64,000 nt of DNA from Eledone cirrhosa (taxonomy: Eukaryota), in contig OZ024741.1 in assembly GCA_964016885.1 (NCBI GenBank), forward strand, positions 275,280,001 to 275,344,000, given 5' to 3'. How positions within the stretch are numbered: the first letter of the stretch is position 1; every line of letters begins with the position of its first letter. This document shows positions 29,284 through 44,666 of the stretch, piece by piece. Under the pieces are notes generated by a model. That model saw only the letters and a list, made by a program, of their open reading frames with translations. It did not search any database and was not told the origin of the DNA. A program made the translations under genes and the position numbers.

Positions 29284-29348
29284 AAAAGTATATATATTAT
29301 TGGGTGGTCCGTGATATACATGTTTGTTTGCATTGTGCATGTGTGTTT

Positions 29349-29392
<44 letters not shown>

Positions 29393-29491
29393 TGTGTATG
29401 TGTATAAATATATATATATAAATAGCCGTCGAAACGGCTTGAGCTCTGCCGTCGGGGTTAAACATTTCCTATATATATATATATATATATA

Positions 29492-29688
29492 CATAATGAA
29501 GGAAATGTGGTAAGGAATCAGGTGGACCATAACGTACCAAAGTACTCAATACTTAGGGTAGTAGAGTGGGTAATAGGAATGAGTAGGACCCCGACGGCTG
29601 AGCTCAAGCCGTTTCGACGGCTAATTCTGTCAAGAATTAGCCGTCGAAACGGCTTGAGCTCAGCCGTCGGGGTCCTACTCGTTCCTAT
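29492..29688 (-). mobile_element. Palindrome-headed element, gccgtcgaaacggc family
   Basis: Hairpin at 29573-29688; tail is the reverse complement of that at 17153-17237; in (TA)n. Confidence 0.8.
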
Positions 29689-29841
29689 ATATATATATAT
29701 ATATATAACTACATAATACACATTATATAATATACATATGTATACACCACAAGACAATACACCACACTCGTATACATACAGCAAACATACACCCTATCAC
29801 ACAGTACACACACACAAGATATATACATAGAGTATAGAGAA

Positions 29842-32050
29842 ACACAGTGGACAGCCCCCTCCCACACACAGTAGACAGCCCCCTCCCACACACTCTGGAC
29901 AGCCCCCTCCCACACACAGTAGACAGCCCCCTCCCACACACTCTGGATAGCCCCCTCCCACACCCACACTGGACAGCCCCCTCCCACACACTCTGGACAG
30001 CCCCCTCCGACACACACTAGACAAACCCCTCCCACACACTCTGGACAAACCCCTCCCACACACTCTGGACAGCCCCCTCCGACACACACTAGACAAACCC
30101 CTCCCACACACTCTGGACAGCCCCCTCCCACACCCACACTGGACAGCCCCCTCCCACACACTCTGGATAGCCCCCTCCGACACACACTAGACAAACCCAT
30201 CCCACACACTCTGGACAGCCCCCTCCGACACACACTAGACAAACCCCTCCCACACACTCTGGACAGCCCCCTCCCACACCCACACTGGACAGCCCCCTCC
30301 CACACACTAGACAAACCCCTCCCACACACTCTGGACAGCCCCCTCCGACACACACTAGACAAACCCCTCCCACACACTCTGGACAGCCCCCTCCCACACC
30401 CACACTAGACAAACCCCTCCCACACACACTAGACAAACTCCTCCGACACACACTAGACAAACCCCTCCCACACACTCTGGACAGCCCCCTCCCACACCCA
30501 CACTGGACAGCCCCCTCCCACACACACTAGACAAACCCCTCCCACACACTCTGGACAGCCCCCTCCCACACCCACACTGGACAGCCCCCTCCCACACACA
30601 CTAGACAAACCCCTCCCACACACTCTGGACAGCCCCCTCCCACACCCACACTAGACAAACCCCTCCCACACACTCTGGACAGCCCCCTCCGACACACACT
30701 AGACAAACCCCTCCCACACACTCTGGACAGCCCCCTCCCACACCCACACTAGACAAACCCCTCCCACACACTCTGGACAGCCCCCTCCGACACACACTAG
30801 ACAAACCCCTCCCACACACTCTGGACAGCCCCCTCCCACACCCACACTGGACAGCCCCCTCCGACACACACTAGACAAACCCCTCCCACACACTCTGGAC
30901 AGCCCTCTCCCACACACAGTGGACACCCCCTCCCACACACAGTGGACACCCCCCTCGCACACACAGTGGACAGGCCCCTCCCACACACAGTAGACAGCCC
31001 CCTCCCACACACACTGGAAGACCCCTCCCACACACACACTGGACAGACCCCTCCCACACACTCTGGACAGCCCCCTCCCACACACAGTAGACAGCCCCCT
31101 CCCACACACACACTGGACAGACCCCTCCCACACACTCTGGACAGCCCCCTCCCACACACAGTAGACAGCCCCCTCCCACACACACTGGAGAGACCCCTCC
31201 CACACACACACTGGACAGACCCCTCCCACACACACACTGGACAGACCCCTCCAACACACACTGGACAGCCGCCTACCACACACACTGGACAGCTCCCTCC
31301 CATACAGACTGGACAGCCCCCTCCAACACACACTGGACAGCCCCCTCCAACACACACTGGACAGCTCCCTCCCACACACACAGTGGACAGCCCCCTCCCA
31401 CACACACAGTGGACACCCCCTCCCACACACACAGTATACAGCCCCTCCCACACCCACACTGGACAGCCCCCTCCAACACACACTGGACAGCCGCCTACCA
31501 CACACTGGACAGCCCCCTCCCACACACACTGGACAGCTCCCTCCCACACACACTAGACAGCCCGCTCCCACACACACACTAGACAGCCGCCTACCACACA
31601 CAGTAGACAGTCCCCTCCCACACACAGTGGACAGATCCCTCCCACACACAGTGGACAGACCCCTCCCACACACACAGTGGACAGTCCCTTCCCACACACA
31701 CACTAGACAGCCGCCTACCACACACAGTGGACAGACCCCTCCCACACACAGTGGACAGACCCCTCCCAAACACAGTGGACAGCCCCCTCCCACACATACT
31801 GGACAGCTCCCTCCCACACACAGCAGACAGCTCCCTCCCATACACAGTGGACAGGCCCCTCCCACACACAGTGGACAGGCCCCTCCCACACACAGTGGTC
31901 AGACCCCTCCCACACACAGTGGACAGACCCCTTCCACACACAGTAGACAGCTCCCTCACATACACAGTGGACAGGCCCCTCCCACACACAGTAGACAGTC
32001 CCCTCCCACACACAGTGGACAGCCCCCTCTCCCACACACAGTGGACAGAA
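29842..32050 (+). repeat. ~24-26-bp minisatellite (ggacagccccctcccacacacact)
   Basis: Directly visible; second copy at 41073-43365. Confidence 0.95.
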
Positions 32051-32656
32051 CTCTCCCCCCCTCTCCTCCATACATAGAACTGCTCCTACTCCCCACTCTC
32101 CTGTTACCATATAGAATTGTTCTAGAAATTTAGACCAATTCCACATTCTTTCTTTTCCTCTCCCCCTCTCTCTCCCCCTTCTCCCTCTCTTGCCCTTCAT
32201 TTCACTTTCTTCCCACTCCCCCTCTCTCTCTCTCCTTTTCCTTTCCCTCTCATCCTCACTGATGGTGGTGGTGGTAACGATGAGTGTGCTGCTGGTGGTG
32301 GTAATTGCAGTGATGGTGGAGGTAGTGTCGGTGGTAGCGGTAGTAGTGGTGGTGGTGGAGGTAGTGTCTGTGGTAGCAGTAGTAGTGATGGTGGTGGTGG
32401 TAATTGCAGCGATGGTGGGGGTAGTGTCGGTGGTAGTGGTAGTAGTGTTGGTGGTGGTGGTGGTGGTGGTGGTAATTGCAGTGATGGTGGAGGTAGTGGT
32501 GGTGGTGATGGTAGCCAGTTATTTATTACTGCTGTTTAAAAGGTGAGGAAGAGGATGGGGTGAGGTTTCCATGTAAAAACATTGTTGTTAATATTGTGCA
32601 GACATGCAGCCTCTTTCTCTCTCACCCCACTCCAACCCTGCCAGCCCCTACAGACC

Positions 32657-32856
32657 NNNNNNNNNNNNNNNNNNNNNNNNNNNNNNNNNNNNNNNNNNNN
32701 NNNNNNNNNNNNNNNNNNNNNNNNNNNNNNNNNNNNNNNNNNNNNNNNNNNNNNNNNNNNNNNNNNNNNNNNNNNNNNNNNNNNNNNNNNNNNNNNNNNN
32801 NNNNNNNNNNNNNNNNNNNNNNNNNNNNNNNNNNNNNNNNNNNNNNNNNNNNNNNN
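32657..32856. other. Assembly gap (200 N)
   Basis: Run of n. Confidence 1.
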
Positions 32857-35800
32857 AACACCACCACTACTACATCACACCACCACTACACTACATCACA
32901 ACCATCCACTACACTACATCACACCACCACTACACTACATCACACCACCACTACACTACATCACACCACCACTACACTACAGTCACACCACCACTACTAC
33001 ATCACAACCACCACTACACTACATCACACCACCACTACACTACATCACACCACCACTACTACATCACACCACCACTACTACATCACACCACCACTACTAC
33101 ATCACACCACCACTACACTACATCACACACCACTACACTACATCACACCACCACTACACTACATCACACCACCACTACACTACATCACACCACCACTACA
33201 CTACATCACACCACCACTACACTACATCACACCACCACTACACTACATCACACCACCACTACTACATCACACCACCACTACACTACATCACACCACCACT
33301 ACACTACATCACACCACCACTACATACATCACACCACCACTACACTACATCACACCACCACTACACTACATCACACCACCACTACACTACATCACACCAC
33401 CACTACTACATCACACCACCACTACACTACATCACACCACCACTACACTACATCACACCACCACTACTACATCACACCACCACCACTACTAACATCACAC
33501 CACCACTACACTACATCACACCACCACTACTACATCACACCACCACTACACTACATCACACCACCACTACACTACATCACACCACCACTACAACATCACA
33601 CCACACTACTCACACCACCACTACTACATCACACCACCACTACACTACATCACACCACCACTACTACATCACACCACCACTACACTACATCACACACACT
33701 ACACTACATCACACCACCACTACACTACATCACACCACCACTACACTACATCACACCACCACTACTACATCACACCACCACTACACTACATCACACCACC
33801 ACTACTACAACACACCACCACTACACTACATCACACCACCACTACACTACATCACACCACCACTACCTACATCACACCACCACTCACTACATCACACCAC
33901 CACTACACTACATCACACCACCACTACACTACATCACACCACCACTACACTACATCACACCACCACTACTACACATCACCACCACTACCACTACATCACA
34001 CCCACCACCACTACTACATCACACCACCACTACACTACATCACACCACCACAACACTACATCACACCACCACTACACAACATCACACCACCACTACTACA
34101 TCACACCACCACTACACTACATCACACCACAACACTACATCACACCACCACCTACTACACACACACCACCACTACACTACATCACACCACCACCACTACT
34201 ACATCACACCACCACTACACTACATCACACCACCACTAACTACATCACACCACCACTACTACATCACACCACCACTACTACATCACACCACCACTACACT
34301 ACATCACACCAACCACTACACTACATCACACCACCACTAACTACATCACACCACCACTACACTACATCACACCACCACTACACTACATCACACCACCACT
34401 ACACTACATCACACCACCACTACTACATCACACCACCACTACTACATCACACCACCACTACTACATCACACCACCACTACACTACATCACACCACCACTA
34501 CACTACATCACACCACCACTACACTACATCACACCACCACTACACTACATCACACCACCACTACACTACATCACACCACCACTACACTACATCACACCAC
34601 CACTACTACATCACACCACCACTACTACATCACACCACCACTACACACATCACACCACCACTACACTACATCACACCACCACTACACTACATCACACCAC
34701 CACTACACTACATCACACCACCACTACACTACATCACACACCACCACTACACTACATCACACACCCACCACACTACACACCACCACTACACTACATCACA
34801 CCACCACTACTACATCACACCACCACTACTACAATCACACCACCACTACACTACATCACACCACCACTACACTACATCACACCCACCACTACACTACATC
34901 ACACCACCACACTACTACATCACACCACCACTACACTACATCACACCACCACTACACTACATCACACCACCACTACACTACATCACACCACCACTACTAC
35001 ATCACACCACCACCACTACACTACATCACACCACCACTACACTACATCACACCACCACTACACTACATCACACCACCACTACACTACATCACACCACCAC
35101 TACACTACATCACACCACCACTACACTACATCACACCACCACTACACTACATCACACCACCACTACACTACATCACACCACCACTACACTACATCACACC
35201 ACCACTACTACATCACACCACCACTACACTACATCACACCACCACTACTACATCACACCACCACTACACTACATCACACCACCACTACACTACATCACAC
35301 CACCACTACACTACATCACACCACCACTACACTACATCACACCACCACTACACTACATCACACCACCACTACACTACATCACACCACCACTACTACATCA
35401 CACCACCACTACTACATCACACCACCACTACTACATCACACCACCACTACACTACATCACACCACCACTACACTACATCACACCACCACTACTACATCAC
35501 ACCACCACTACACTACATCACACCACCACTACACTACATCACACCACCACTACACTACATCACACCACCACTACTACATCACACCACCACTACTACATCA
35601 CACCACCACTACACTACATCACACCACCACTACACTACATCACACCACCACTACACTACATCACATCACCACTACACTACATCACACCACCACTACACTA
35701 CATCACACCACCACTACTACATCACACCACCACTACTACATCACACCACCACTACTACATCACACCACCACTACACATCACACCACCACTACCCTACATC

Positions 35801-38800
35801 ACACCACCACTACTACATCACACCACCACTACACTACATCACACCACCACTACACTACATCACACCACCACTACACTACATCACACCACCACTACTACAT
35901 CACACCACCACTACACTACATCACACCACCACTACTACATCACACCACCACTACTACATCACACCACCACTACTACATCACACCACCACTACACTACATC
36001 ACACCACCACTACACTACATCACACCACCACTACACTACATCACACCACCACTACACTACATCACACCACCACTACTACATCACACCACCACTACTACAT
36101 CACACCACCACTACACTACATCACACCACCACTACTACATCACACCACCACTACTACATCACACCACCACTACACCACTACTACATCACACCACCACTAC
36201 ACTACATCACACCACCACTACTACATCACACCACCACTACACTACATCACACCACCACTACTACATCACACCACCACTACTACATCACACCACCACCACT
36301 ACTACATCACACCACCACTACTACATCACACCACCACTACTACATCACACCACCACTACACTACATCACACCACCACTACTACATCACACCACCACTACA
36401 CTACATCACACCACCACTACACTACATCACACCACCACTACTACATCACACCACCACTACACTACATCACACCACCACTACTACATCACACCACCACTAC
36501 ACTACATCACACCACCACTACACTACATCACACCACCACTACACTACATCACACCACCACTACACTACATCACACCACCACTACACTACATCACACCACC
36601 ACTACACTACATCACACCACCACTACACTACATCACACCACCACTACACTACATCACACCACCACTACACTACATCACACCACCACTACACTACATCACA
36701 CCACCACTACACTACATCACACCACCACTACACTACATCACACCACCACTACACTACATCACACCACCACTACACTACATCACACCACCACTACACTACA
36801 TCACACCACCACTACTACATCACACCACCACTACTACATCACACCACCACTACACTACATCACACCACCACTACACTACATCACACCACCACTACACTAC
36901 ATCACACCACCACTACACTACATCACACCACCACTACTACATCACACCACCACTACTACATCACACCACCACTACACTACATCACACCACCACTACTACA
37001 TCACACCACCACTACACTACATCACACCACCACTACTACATCACACCACCACTACACTACATCACACCACCACTACTACATCACACCACCACTACTACAT
37101 CACACCACCACTACTACATCACACCACCACTACTACATCACACCACCACTACTACATCACACCACCACTACACTACATCACACCACCACTACTACATCAC
37201 ACCACCACTACTACATCACACCACCACTACTACATCACACCACCACTACACTACATCACACCACCACTACTACATCACACCACCACTACTACATCACACC
37301 ACCACTACTACATCACACCACCACTACACTACATCACACCACCACTACTACATCACACCACCACTACACTACATCACACCACCGCTACTACATCACACCA
37401 CCACTACACTACATCACACCACCACTACACTACATCACACCACCACTACTACATCACACCACCACTACTACATCACACCACCACTACACTACATCACACC
37501 ACCACTACACTACATCACACCACCACTACACTACATCACACCACCACTACACTACATCACACCACCACTACTACATCACACCACCACTACTACATCACAC
37601 CACCACTACACTACATCACACCACCACTACACTACATCACACCACCACTACTACATCACACCACCACTACTACATCACACCACCACTACTACATCGCACC
37701 ACCACTACACTACATCACACCACCACTACTACATCACACCACCACTACTACATCACACCACCACTACACTACATCACACCACCACTACTACATCACACCA
37801 CCACTACACTACATCACACCACCACTACTACATCACACCACCACTACACTACATCACACCACCACTACACTACATCACACCACCACTACTACATCACACC
37901 ACCACTACACTACATCACACCACCACTACACTACATCACACCACCACTACTACATCACACCACCACTACACTACATCACACCACCACTACACTACATCAC
38001 ACCACCACTACTACATCACACCACCACTACACTACATCACACCACCACTACTACATCACACCACCACTACTACATCACACCACCACTACACTACGTCACA
38101 CCACCACTACTACATCACACCACCACTACTACATCACACCACCACTACACTACATCACACCACCACTACACTACATCACACCACCACTACTACATCACAC
38201 CACCACTACACTACATCACACCACCACTACACTACATCACACCACCACTACTACATCGCACCACCACTACACTACATCACACCACCACTACACTACATCA
38301 CACCACCACTACTACATCACACCACCACTACTACATCACACCACCGCTACTACATCACACCACCACTACTACATCACACCACCACTACACTACATCACAC
38401 CACCACTACTACATCACACCACCACTACACTACATCACACCACCACTACTACACCACATCACATTACCTTACCACTTCACATCACACCACACTACACTAC
38501 ACTACACTACACCACTCCACATCACATCACCACCAATACACTATGGTATACTGGAGATAGAGTCAGTGGTGGTATTAGTGGTGATGTCAGTGGTGGTGTG
38601 GTGGTGGTAGTGGTGGTATCAGTGGTGGTGTTAATGGTGGTGTCATTGGTGGTGTGGTGGTGGTGTCAGTGGTGTGCCAGAGGTGGTGTATTGGTGGTGT
38701 CATTGGTGGTGTGGTGGTGGTGTCAGTGGTGTGCCAGAGGTGGTGTATTGGTGGTGTTAATGGTGGTGTGGTGGTGTGCCAGAGGTAGTGTATTGGTGGT

Positions 38801-39582
38801 GTTAATGGTGGTGTGGTGGTGGTGTTAGTTGTGTGCCAGATGTGGTGTATTGTTGGTGTTAGTGGTGGTGTGGTGGTGGTGTCAGTGGTGTGCCAGAGGT
38901 GGTGTATTGGTGGTGTCAGTGGTGGTGTGGTGGTGGTGTCAGTGGTGTGCCAGAGGTGGTGTATTGGTGGTGTCAGTGGTGGTGTCAGTGGTGTGCCAGA
39001 GGTGGTATATTGGTGGTGTCAGTGGTGGTGTCAGTGGTGTGCCAAAGGTGGTGTATTGGTGGTGTCAGTGGTGGTGTCAGTGGTGGTGTGGTGGTGGTGT
39101 ATTGGTGGTGTCAGTGGTGGTGTGGTGGTGGTGTCAGTGGTGTGCCAAAGGTGGTGTATTGGTGGTGTCAGTGGTGGTGTCATTGGTGGTGTGGTGGTGG
39201 TGTCAGACGTGTGCCAGAGGTGGTGTATTGGTGGTGTTAGTGGTGGTGTCAGTGGTGGTGTGGTGGTGGTGTTGGTGATGTCTCGCCAATCCTCTCTAAT
39301 GACTGCAGTTGTTGTTATTGTTGTTGTCCTCCAGAGTGTGTCTTCCATTATAGGTCCCTGTTGCTCTCTCCCTAATTAACTGACACACACACCCACCTAC
39401 TGCTAGGGAGATAAGCCCTATAAATTAGATCCCTAAAGCAGCAGCTTGCTTGTAACAAATGTCCCCTTCACAGATCAGTGGGGTGGGTGTGTGGGTGGCT
39501 GGTGTGGTAACTGGCTAATAATGGATGCCTCACAAACTGTCTGTTTCAATGACAGGGGGAGGGGGTGTTCTGTGCCCCCCCC

Positions 39583-39616
<34 letters not shown>

Positions 39617-40016
39617 TACAAATTCTTTATTTTTTTGTCATGAACAAACACATATAGGAAGATAGATAGATAAATAGATTGACAGACAAAGAGAGGCAGA
39701 TCGATAGATAAAGAGAGAGACATAGATAGTCAGACAGAGAGAGACAATTGATAGATCGAGAGATAAATAGATAGACAGACAGATAGATATAGATAAATGG
39801 ACACACACACACACATATATATATATATAGAGAGAGAGAGAGGGGGAGAGAGAGAGACAGACTGAAATAGAGAGAGAGAGGGGGAGAGAGAGAGGCAGAC
39901 TGAAATAGAGAGAGAAAGAGAGAGCTACTCATATATTTCCCATTTTGTTTATCAACATATGTGTTGTTTCTAAACAACACAGATTAACACACACACACAT
40001 ATATACATACATATAT

Positions 40017-40049
<33 letters not shown>

Positions 40050-40601
40050 TATACATACATATATATACACACACACATATATACATACATATATACACAC
40101 ACCTATATATATACATACATATGGAGGCACATGGCTTAGTGGTTAGAACATTGGTCTTGCAATCGAAAGGTTGTGAGTTCAATTCTCAGACCGGGTGATG
40201 TGTTGTTTCCTTGAGCAAGACACTTTATTTCACATTGTTCCAGTTTACTCAGCTGTAGAAATGAGATGATAGGGACTGGGGTCCCTATCATTCCGCTGCA
40301 AAGTAGTCGTGGAGGTGCCACGGCAAAAAAGCACTCAGCCCACACTGTAAATGAGGTTGGTGTTATGAAGGGCATCCAGCTGTAGAAATCAAGCCAGAAT
40401 CAGTTCCCGTCCCACCCTTGCAAGCAGGGAAAAAGCAGACGTAAAATGAAATGATGATGATGATGAAATGATGATATATATATGCACACATATACATATA
40501 CATATATATATATATATATATATACATACACACAAAAAGTATATATATATTATTGGGTGGTCCGTGATATACATGTTTGTTTGCATTGTGCATGTGTGTT
40601 T

Positions 40602-40635
<34 letters not shown>

Positions 40636-43600
40636 GTATTGTGTATGTGTATAAATATATATATATAAATAGCCGTCGAAACGGCTTGAGCTCTGCCGTC
40701 GGGGTTAAACATTTCCTATATATATATATATATATACATAACGAAGGAAATGTGGTAAGGAATCAGGTGGACCATAACGTACCAAAGTACTCAATACTTA
40801 GGGTAGTAGAGTGGGTAATAGTGGCTGAGCTCAAGCCGTTTCGACGGCTAATTCTGTCAAGAATTAGCCGTCGAAACGGCTTGAGCTCAGCCGTCGGGGT
40901 CCTACTCGTTCCTATATATATATATATATATAACTACATAATACACATTATATAATATACATATGTATACACCACAAGACAATACACCACACTCGTATAC
41001 ATACAGCAAACATACACCCTATCACACAGTACACACACACACACACAAGATATATACATAGAGTATAGAGAAACACAGTGGACAGCCCCCTCCCACACAC
41101 AGTAGACAGCCCCCTCCCACACACTCTGGACAGCCCCCTCCCACACACAGTAGACAGCCCCCTCCCACACACTCTGGACAGCCCCCTCCCACACCCACAC
41201 TGGACAGCCCCCTCCCACACACTCTGGACAGCCCCCTCCGACACACACTAGACAAACCCCTCCCACACACTCTGGACAAACCCCTCCCACACACTCTGGA
41301 CAGCCCCCTCCGACACACACTAGACAAACCCCTCCCACACACTCTGGACAGCCCCCTCCCACACCCACACTGGACAGCCCCCTCCCACACACTCTGGACA
41401 GCCCCCTCCGACACACACTAGACAAACCCCTCCCACACACTCTGGACAGCCCCCTCCCACACCCACACTGGACAGCCCCCTCCCACACACACTAGACAAA
41501 CCCCTCCCACACACTCTGGACAGCCCCCTCCCACACGCACACTGGACAGCCCCCCCCACACACTCTGGACAGCCCCCTCCCACACACAGTAGACAGCCCC
41601 CTCCCACACACTCTGGACAGCCCCCTCCGACACACACTAGACAAACCCCTCCCACACACTCTGGACAGCCCCCTCCGACACACACTAGACAAACCCCTCC
41701 CACACACTCTGGACAGCCCCCTCCCACACCCACACTGGACAGCCCCCTCCCACACACTCTGGACAGCTCCCTCCGACACACACTAGACAAACCCCTCCCA
41801 CACACTCTGGACAGCCCCCTCCGACACACACTAGACAAACCCCTCCCACACACTCTGGACAGCCCCCTCCCACACCCACACTGGACAGCCCCCTCCCACA
41901 CACTAGACAAACCCCTCCCACACACTCTGGACAGCCCCCTCCGACACACACTAGACAAACCCCTCCCACACACTCTGGACAGCCCCCTCCCACACCCACA
42001 CTAGACAAACCCCTCCCACACACTCTGGACAGCCCCCTCCGACACACTAGACAAACCCCTCCCACACACTCTGGACAGCCCCCTCCCACACCCACACTGG
42101 ACAGCCCCCTCCCACACACACTAGACAAACCCCTCCCACACACTAGACAAACCCCTCCCACACACTCTGGACAGCCCCCTCCGACACACTAGACAAACCC
42201 CTCCCACACACTCTGGACAGCCCCCTCCCACACTCACACTGGACAGCCCCCTCCGACACACACTAGACAAACCCCTCCCACACACTCTGGACAGCCCCCT
42301 CCCACACACAGTGGACACCCCCTCCCACACACAGTGGACACCCCCCTCTCACACACAGTGGACAGGCCCCTCCCACACACAGTAGACAGCCCCCTCCCAC
42401 ACACACTGGACAGACCCCTCCCACACACACTGGACAGACCCCTCCCACACACACACTGGACAGACCCCTCCCACACACTCTGGACAGCCCCCTCCCACAC
42501 ACAGTAGACAGCCCCCTCCCACACACACTGGACAGACCCCTCCCACACACTCTGGACAGCCCCCTCCGACACACACTAGACAAACCCCTCCCACACACTC
42601 TGGACAGCCCCCTCCCACACCCACACTGGACAGCCCCCTCCCACACACACTAGACAAACCCCTCCCACACACTCTGGACAGCCCCCTCCCACACGCACAC
42701 TGGACAGCCCCCCCCCCCCCCCCACACTCTGGACAGCCCCCTCCCACACACAGTAGACAGCCCCCTCCCACACACTCTGGACAGCCCCCTCCGACACACA
42801 CTAGACAAACCCCTCCCACACACTCTGGACAGCCCCCTCCGACACACACTAGACAAACCCCTCCCACACACTCTGGACAGCCCCCTCCCACACCCACACT
42901 GGACAGCCCCCTCCCACACACTCTGGACAGCTCCCTCCGACACACACTAGACAAACCCCTCCCACACACTCTGGACAGCCCCCTCCGACACACACTAGAC
43001 AAACCCCTCCCACACACTCTGGACAGCCCCCTCCCACACCCACACTGGACAGCCCCCTCCCACACACTAGACAAACCCCTCCCACACACTCTGGACAGCC
43101 CCCTCCGACACACACTAGACAAACCCCTCCCACACACAGCAGACAGCTCCCTCCCATACACAGTGGACAGGCCCCTCCCACACACAGTGGACAGGCCCCT
43201 CCCACACACAGTGGTCAGACCCCTCCCACACACAGTGGACAGACCCCTCCCACACACAGTAGACAGCTCCCTCACATACACAGTGGACAGGCCCCTCCCA
43301 CACACAGTAGACAGTCCCCTCCCACACACAGTGGACAGCCCCCTCTCCCACACACAGTGGACAGAACTCTCCCCCCCTCTCCTCCATACATAGAACTGCT
43401 CCTACCCCCCACTCTCCTGTTACCATATAGAATTGTTCTAGAAATTTAGACCAATTCCACATTCTTTCTTTTCCTCTCCCCCTCTCTCTCCCCCTTCTCC
43501 CTCTCTTGCCCTTCATTTCACTTTCTTCCCACTCCCCCTCTCTCTCTCTCCTTTTCCTTTCCCTCTCATCCTCACTGATGGTGGTGGTGGTAACGATGGG

Positions 43601-44630
43601 TGTGCTGCTGGTGGTGGCTGTGGTGGTAGTGGTGGTGGTGGTGATGACGATGGTAGTTTTAGCAGAGGTGGTGGTGGTGGCAGTGTTGGGGTGAGGGAGA
43701 ATCGGTGTTGGTGGTGGTGTTAATGGTTGTTGTAGTTATATAAGTGGGTGGTAGCAGTGGTAGTGGTGGTAGGGATGGTGGGCTTACTGGTGGTGGTGGT
43801 GGTGGTGGTGGTGGTAATTGCAGTGATGGTGGAGGTAGTGTCAGTGGTAATGGTGGTGGTGGTAATTGCAGTGATGGTGGTGGTGGTTGTGGTGGTAGTG
43901 GTGGTGATGGTGGTGGTAATTACAGTGATGGTGGAGGTAGTGTCAGTGGTAGTGATAGTAGTAGTGGTGGTGGTGGTGTAGGTGTTGGTGTTGGTGGTGG
44001 TAATTGCAGTGATGGTGGAGGTAATGTCAGTGGTAGTGATAGTAGTAGTGGTGGTGGTGGTGTAGGTGTTGGTGTTGGTGGTGGTAATTGCAGTGATGGT
44101 GGAGGTAGTGTCAGTGGTAGTGGTAGTAGTAGTGGTGGTGGTGGTGTAGGTGTTGGTGTTGGTGGTGGTAATTGCAGTGATGGTGGAGGTAGTGTCGGTG
44201 GTAGTGGTAGTAGTGTTGGTGGTGGTGGTGGTGGTGTTGGTGGTGGTAATTGCAGTGATGGTGGAGGTAGTGTCGGTGGTAGCGGTAGTAGTGGTGGTGG
44301 TGGAGGTAGTGTCTGTGGTAGCAGTAGTAGTGATGGTGGTGGTGGTAATTGCAGCGATGGTGGGGGTAGTGTCGGTGGTAGTGGTAGTAGTGTTGGTGGT
44401 GGTGGTGGTGGAGGTAGTGTCGGTGGTGGTGGTGGTGGTGGTGGTGGTAATTGCAGTAATGGTGGAGGTAGTGGTGGTGGTGATGGTAGCCAGTTATTTA
44501 TTACTGCTGTTTAAAAGGTGAGGAAGAGGATGGGGTGAGGTTTCCATGTAAAAACATTGTTGTTAATATTGTGCAGACATGCAGCCTCTTTCTCTCTCAC
44601 CCCACTCCAACCCTGCCAGCCCCTACAGAC
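32857..44630 (+). repeat. Second copy of the ~12-kb block 20273-32656
   Basis: Same order of modules and near-identical unique spacers; both copies reach ccagcccctacagacc (32656 and 44630). Confidence 0.93.
40122..40473 (+). mobile_element. SINE family B (duplicate of 28869-29222)
   Basis: Near-identical sequence. Confidence 0.87.
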
Positions 44631-44666
44631 CAGCTTGTTAACATTCCTCCTGTACATTTGGGACTT

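Noticed and set aside
20213-38560. ~2000-2400-aa His/Thr/Pro-rich ORFs
   Set aside because: They are open in multiple frames only because the 19/21-bp satellite lacks stop codons. They are intronic, with no domain content.
29709-43516. Cys/Gly-rich keratin-associated-like ORFs on the minus strand
   Set aside because: Products of the 24-26-bp minisatellite.
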